From Eledone cirrhosa (Eukaryota): a stretch of 64,000 bases of DNA. The position numbers were made by a program, and so were the translations under genes. How positions within the stretch are numbered: position 1 is the stretch's first letter; each line of letters begins with the position of its first letter. Positions 61,290 to 64,000 of the stretch are shown piece by piece. The stretch covers positions 22,506,001 through 22,570,000 of the forward strand of contig OZ024749.1 of the NCBI GenBank assembly GCA_964016885.1. The letters run 5' to 3'. The notes under the pieces are model-generated. The model saw only the letters and a program-made list of their open reading frames with translations, was not told the origin of the DNA and did not search any database.

Positions 61290-61873
61290 TATCCAAACGG
61301 AACTTAAACCGTTAAGGTTTGATTCCTGGTTATGTCACTATTTATAAAACAAAGATTGTATTTTATCTGATGAGTGCGTACCAAAGTTCTGGTACCCTTG
61401 AAATATATATAATAGAATAACTATGGTTTTATAAATATAGTTTCCATTTATTAATATAATTTATATATATTTATATATATGTGTGTGTGTGTGTGCGTGT
61501 GTGTGTGTATATATTTCTCTATCTCATTCTATCTTCTCCCCCCTCTCTCTCTTTCATTTCTCTCTCTCCCTCCTTCTCTCTCGCTTTTATTTCTCTCTCT
61601 CCCTCCCTCTCTTTCTCTGATTCTACATATGTCGAATCCCAAAAAACCCAATAGCTTACACATAACACTCAACAGGAGAGTAAATTATACGAGATACCAG
61701 ATACGAGATACCAGATACGAGATATAAGTTGAGATTTGACATCCAGCCAATCATGTATCTTTCCCGACTCCTCTTTATCTACTTAACGTTTTTTTTCGTC
61801 TTTCTTTTTCCTCAACATGATATCATAAATGATTGGTTTTTTCTCCTGAAATCTTCATCTAAAAAAAAAAGTC

Positions 61874-62146
61874 TAAAGTCTATCTCGAGCACAGAAGCTC
61901 ATCGGGCCGGTGCTTATCCAGGTTTCCTAGGCGACTGAGATTACAAGACACCCTCATGGATATGATGCCCCTCCATTGCAGGGTTAAGTCCTGCAGCTAT
62001 TGCTGGTACATATTTTCAGCTGAGTATAGGGGAGCAACTTGAAATGAACTGTTTTGCTCAAGAACACCACAGACAGCCTGATCCAGGAATCGAACTCATG
62101 ACATTATGATCGTAAATCCAATACCCTTTCCACAAGACCACGCGCC
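61874..62146 (-). mobile_element. Second tRNA-derived SINE family (partial copies at 38000-38130 and 19730-19800)
   Basis: Minus strand ggcgcgtggtcttgtgg (A box) and gagttcgattcc (B box); body cagctgagt..gagcaac.tgaaat shared with 38050-38100. Confidence 0.75.
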
Positions 62147-62843
62147 TAAATTCTTCGTGATATTCATTACATCGAGTTTTCGATGAGATTGTCAAGACTT
62201 GAATGCGTTCGATTTAATCATTGAAATAAAATCAAAATTTTCATTAGCACTGTCTGCACCAGACTGAATTTCAAAAAATAATACAGATAAAATTAAATAA
62301 AATAAGAATTGTTTTTTAATTCATTGAATTATGATATCGAATTTTTAAAGGTGGTGTTGGGCAAAAAAAATATATTGTATGACTAATGGCTTCAATAGAC
62401 ACCATATTGTACATAAACACTCAGAGATAAAACATACATAGACAGAAACTTTCTTAAAAGAGAATATGTTAAGATATATATTTTTAAGAGGAAGCACAAA
62501 AAAATACGCACCACACGACGAAAAAAAATATATAATAATGAAATAAAACGAAATAAACTGAAGAAATTTAACAGAAAAATGGTAATAATTGGTTTTATCA
62601 CTAGACGTTAATAATAAGAAGGAGATTTCGTTTTTTTTTCATTCTTTTATTTTTCATTTTATTCTATTTTAATTTTTTCCTCCTTCTTAAGTAAAATCTA
62701 TAAACGATATATGAATGAATAGTATCAGTATTTGTATATATATATATATAAATATGTATATATATATATATATACGCATATATATATGTGTGTGTGTCGG
62801 TGTGTGTGGTGTGTGTGAGTGTATGTGTGTATATTTATACAAT

Positions 62844-62885
<42 letters not shown>

Positions 62886-63049
62886 TGTATGTAAATGTAT
62901 ATATACATATATACAGACATGCATACATGTGATTATATATTTAGATATACAGATATATATATATATACATTATATATATATACGTATATATATATATATA
63001 TATATATAAATATGTGTGTGTTTTATATATATATATATACACATAAACA

Positions 63050-63095
<46 letters not shown>

Positions 63096-63590
63096 TTATA
63101 TATATACATATATATATACAAACACATATATATGCATGTACATACATACATACATACAAACATAAGACAACCATAGATGAACAGAGGAAGATTGAGAAGA
63201 AAGTGAGATGAATGATGATTATGTTTTCAGACTAGGAATAATAAAAGCCATACAGTACGTGTGTATATAAGGAGGAATCTCTTCTTCAAAGACTAGAAAA
63301 ATAATTACAAATGCTGATACTATCAGAATAAAAAAGATATATAAAAAAATGTAATATCGTCCTGTTTGTTTTTGCTTTGGACATTGTTGTTGTTGATGTT
63401 GTGGGTTTGTTAACTTTTAGCTTGCTTTTTTTAAAATAGTTTTTTTTAAATATTTTCTCAAATGGTTTGTCGTCTTAAGAATTCAAATAAAGCGAGATAT
63501 AACGAGCGTTGAAGAGAAAAAATCACAGCGAGGTGAGGTTTATGTACACAGGTACACAGAGAGGATATATATATATATATATATTCTTTC

Positions 63591-63640
<50 letters not shown>

Positions 63641-63643
63641 TGT

Positions 63644-63686
63644 ATGCGGTCAACTAGCTATACATACACAGATGAAATCCATATAT

Positions 63687-63730
<44 letters not shown>

Positions 63731-63744
63731 ACACATATAAATAA

Positions 63745-63777
<33 letters not shown>

Positions 63778-63945
63778 TATATGCCGTCATCTAGCTATAC
63801 ATAGACAGATGAAATCCATATACACACGCACTCACTCACACACACACACACAGAGACAGACACATATATATAATTAAATAAATAAATATATATACACATA
63901 TATGCGGTCAACTAGCTATACATACACAGATGAAATCCATATACG
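63644..63945. repeat. Three copies of a ~42-bp unit separated by CA/TA tracts
   Basis: atgcggtcaactagctatacatacacagatgaaatccatata at 63644, 63781, 63902. Confidence 0.8.
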
Positions 63946-64000
63946 CACGTACTCACTCACACACACACATACACACGCACATATATAAATAAATAAATAT

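Overview
Repeat-saturated, AT-rich animal genomic DNA with no host gene exon I can support. The SINE types and extreme (TA)n/(CA)n load suggest a coleoid cephalopod such as an octopus (inference only). Real coding sequence is limited to transposon relics: two near-complete Penelope-like elements (PLEs; RT + C-terminal GIY-YIG) of two clades (1342-5835, Hydra-clade-like with a CxCx5C linker; 43762-46598, CCHH-type Neptune/Nematis-like), two further PLE endonuclease fragments, RTE-LINE tails and a mariner relic. The main signal is non-coding: about 30 type I hammerhead ribozyme (HHR) motifs, from more than ten sequence families, lie in short insertions within (TA)n tracts. They include several U3-A8 core variants (TTGATAA/TTGAAAA) and a CMGTTGA-core variant. 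About 19 insertions are head-to-head fold-backs, the largest a ~3.5 kb palindrome with an HHR at each end. Four non-coding units (321, 424, ~509, ~583 nt) are terminally redundant and retrozyme-like; the two with a clear HHR share an ATGCAAAT + TATA arrangement upstream of it. tRNA-derived SINEs, MITEs, a TIR element with GC-rich cargo and micro/minisatellites fill the rest. All folds were read by eye and need computational and biochemical confirmation.
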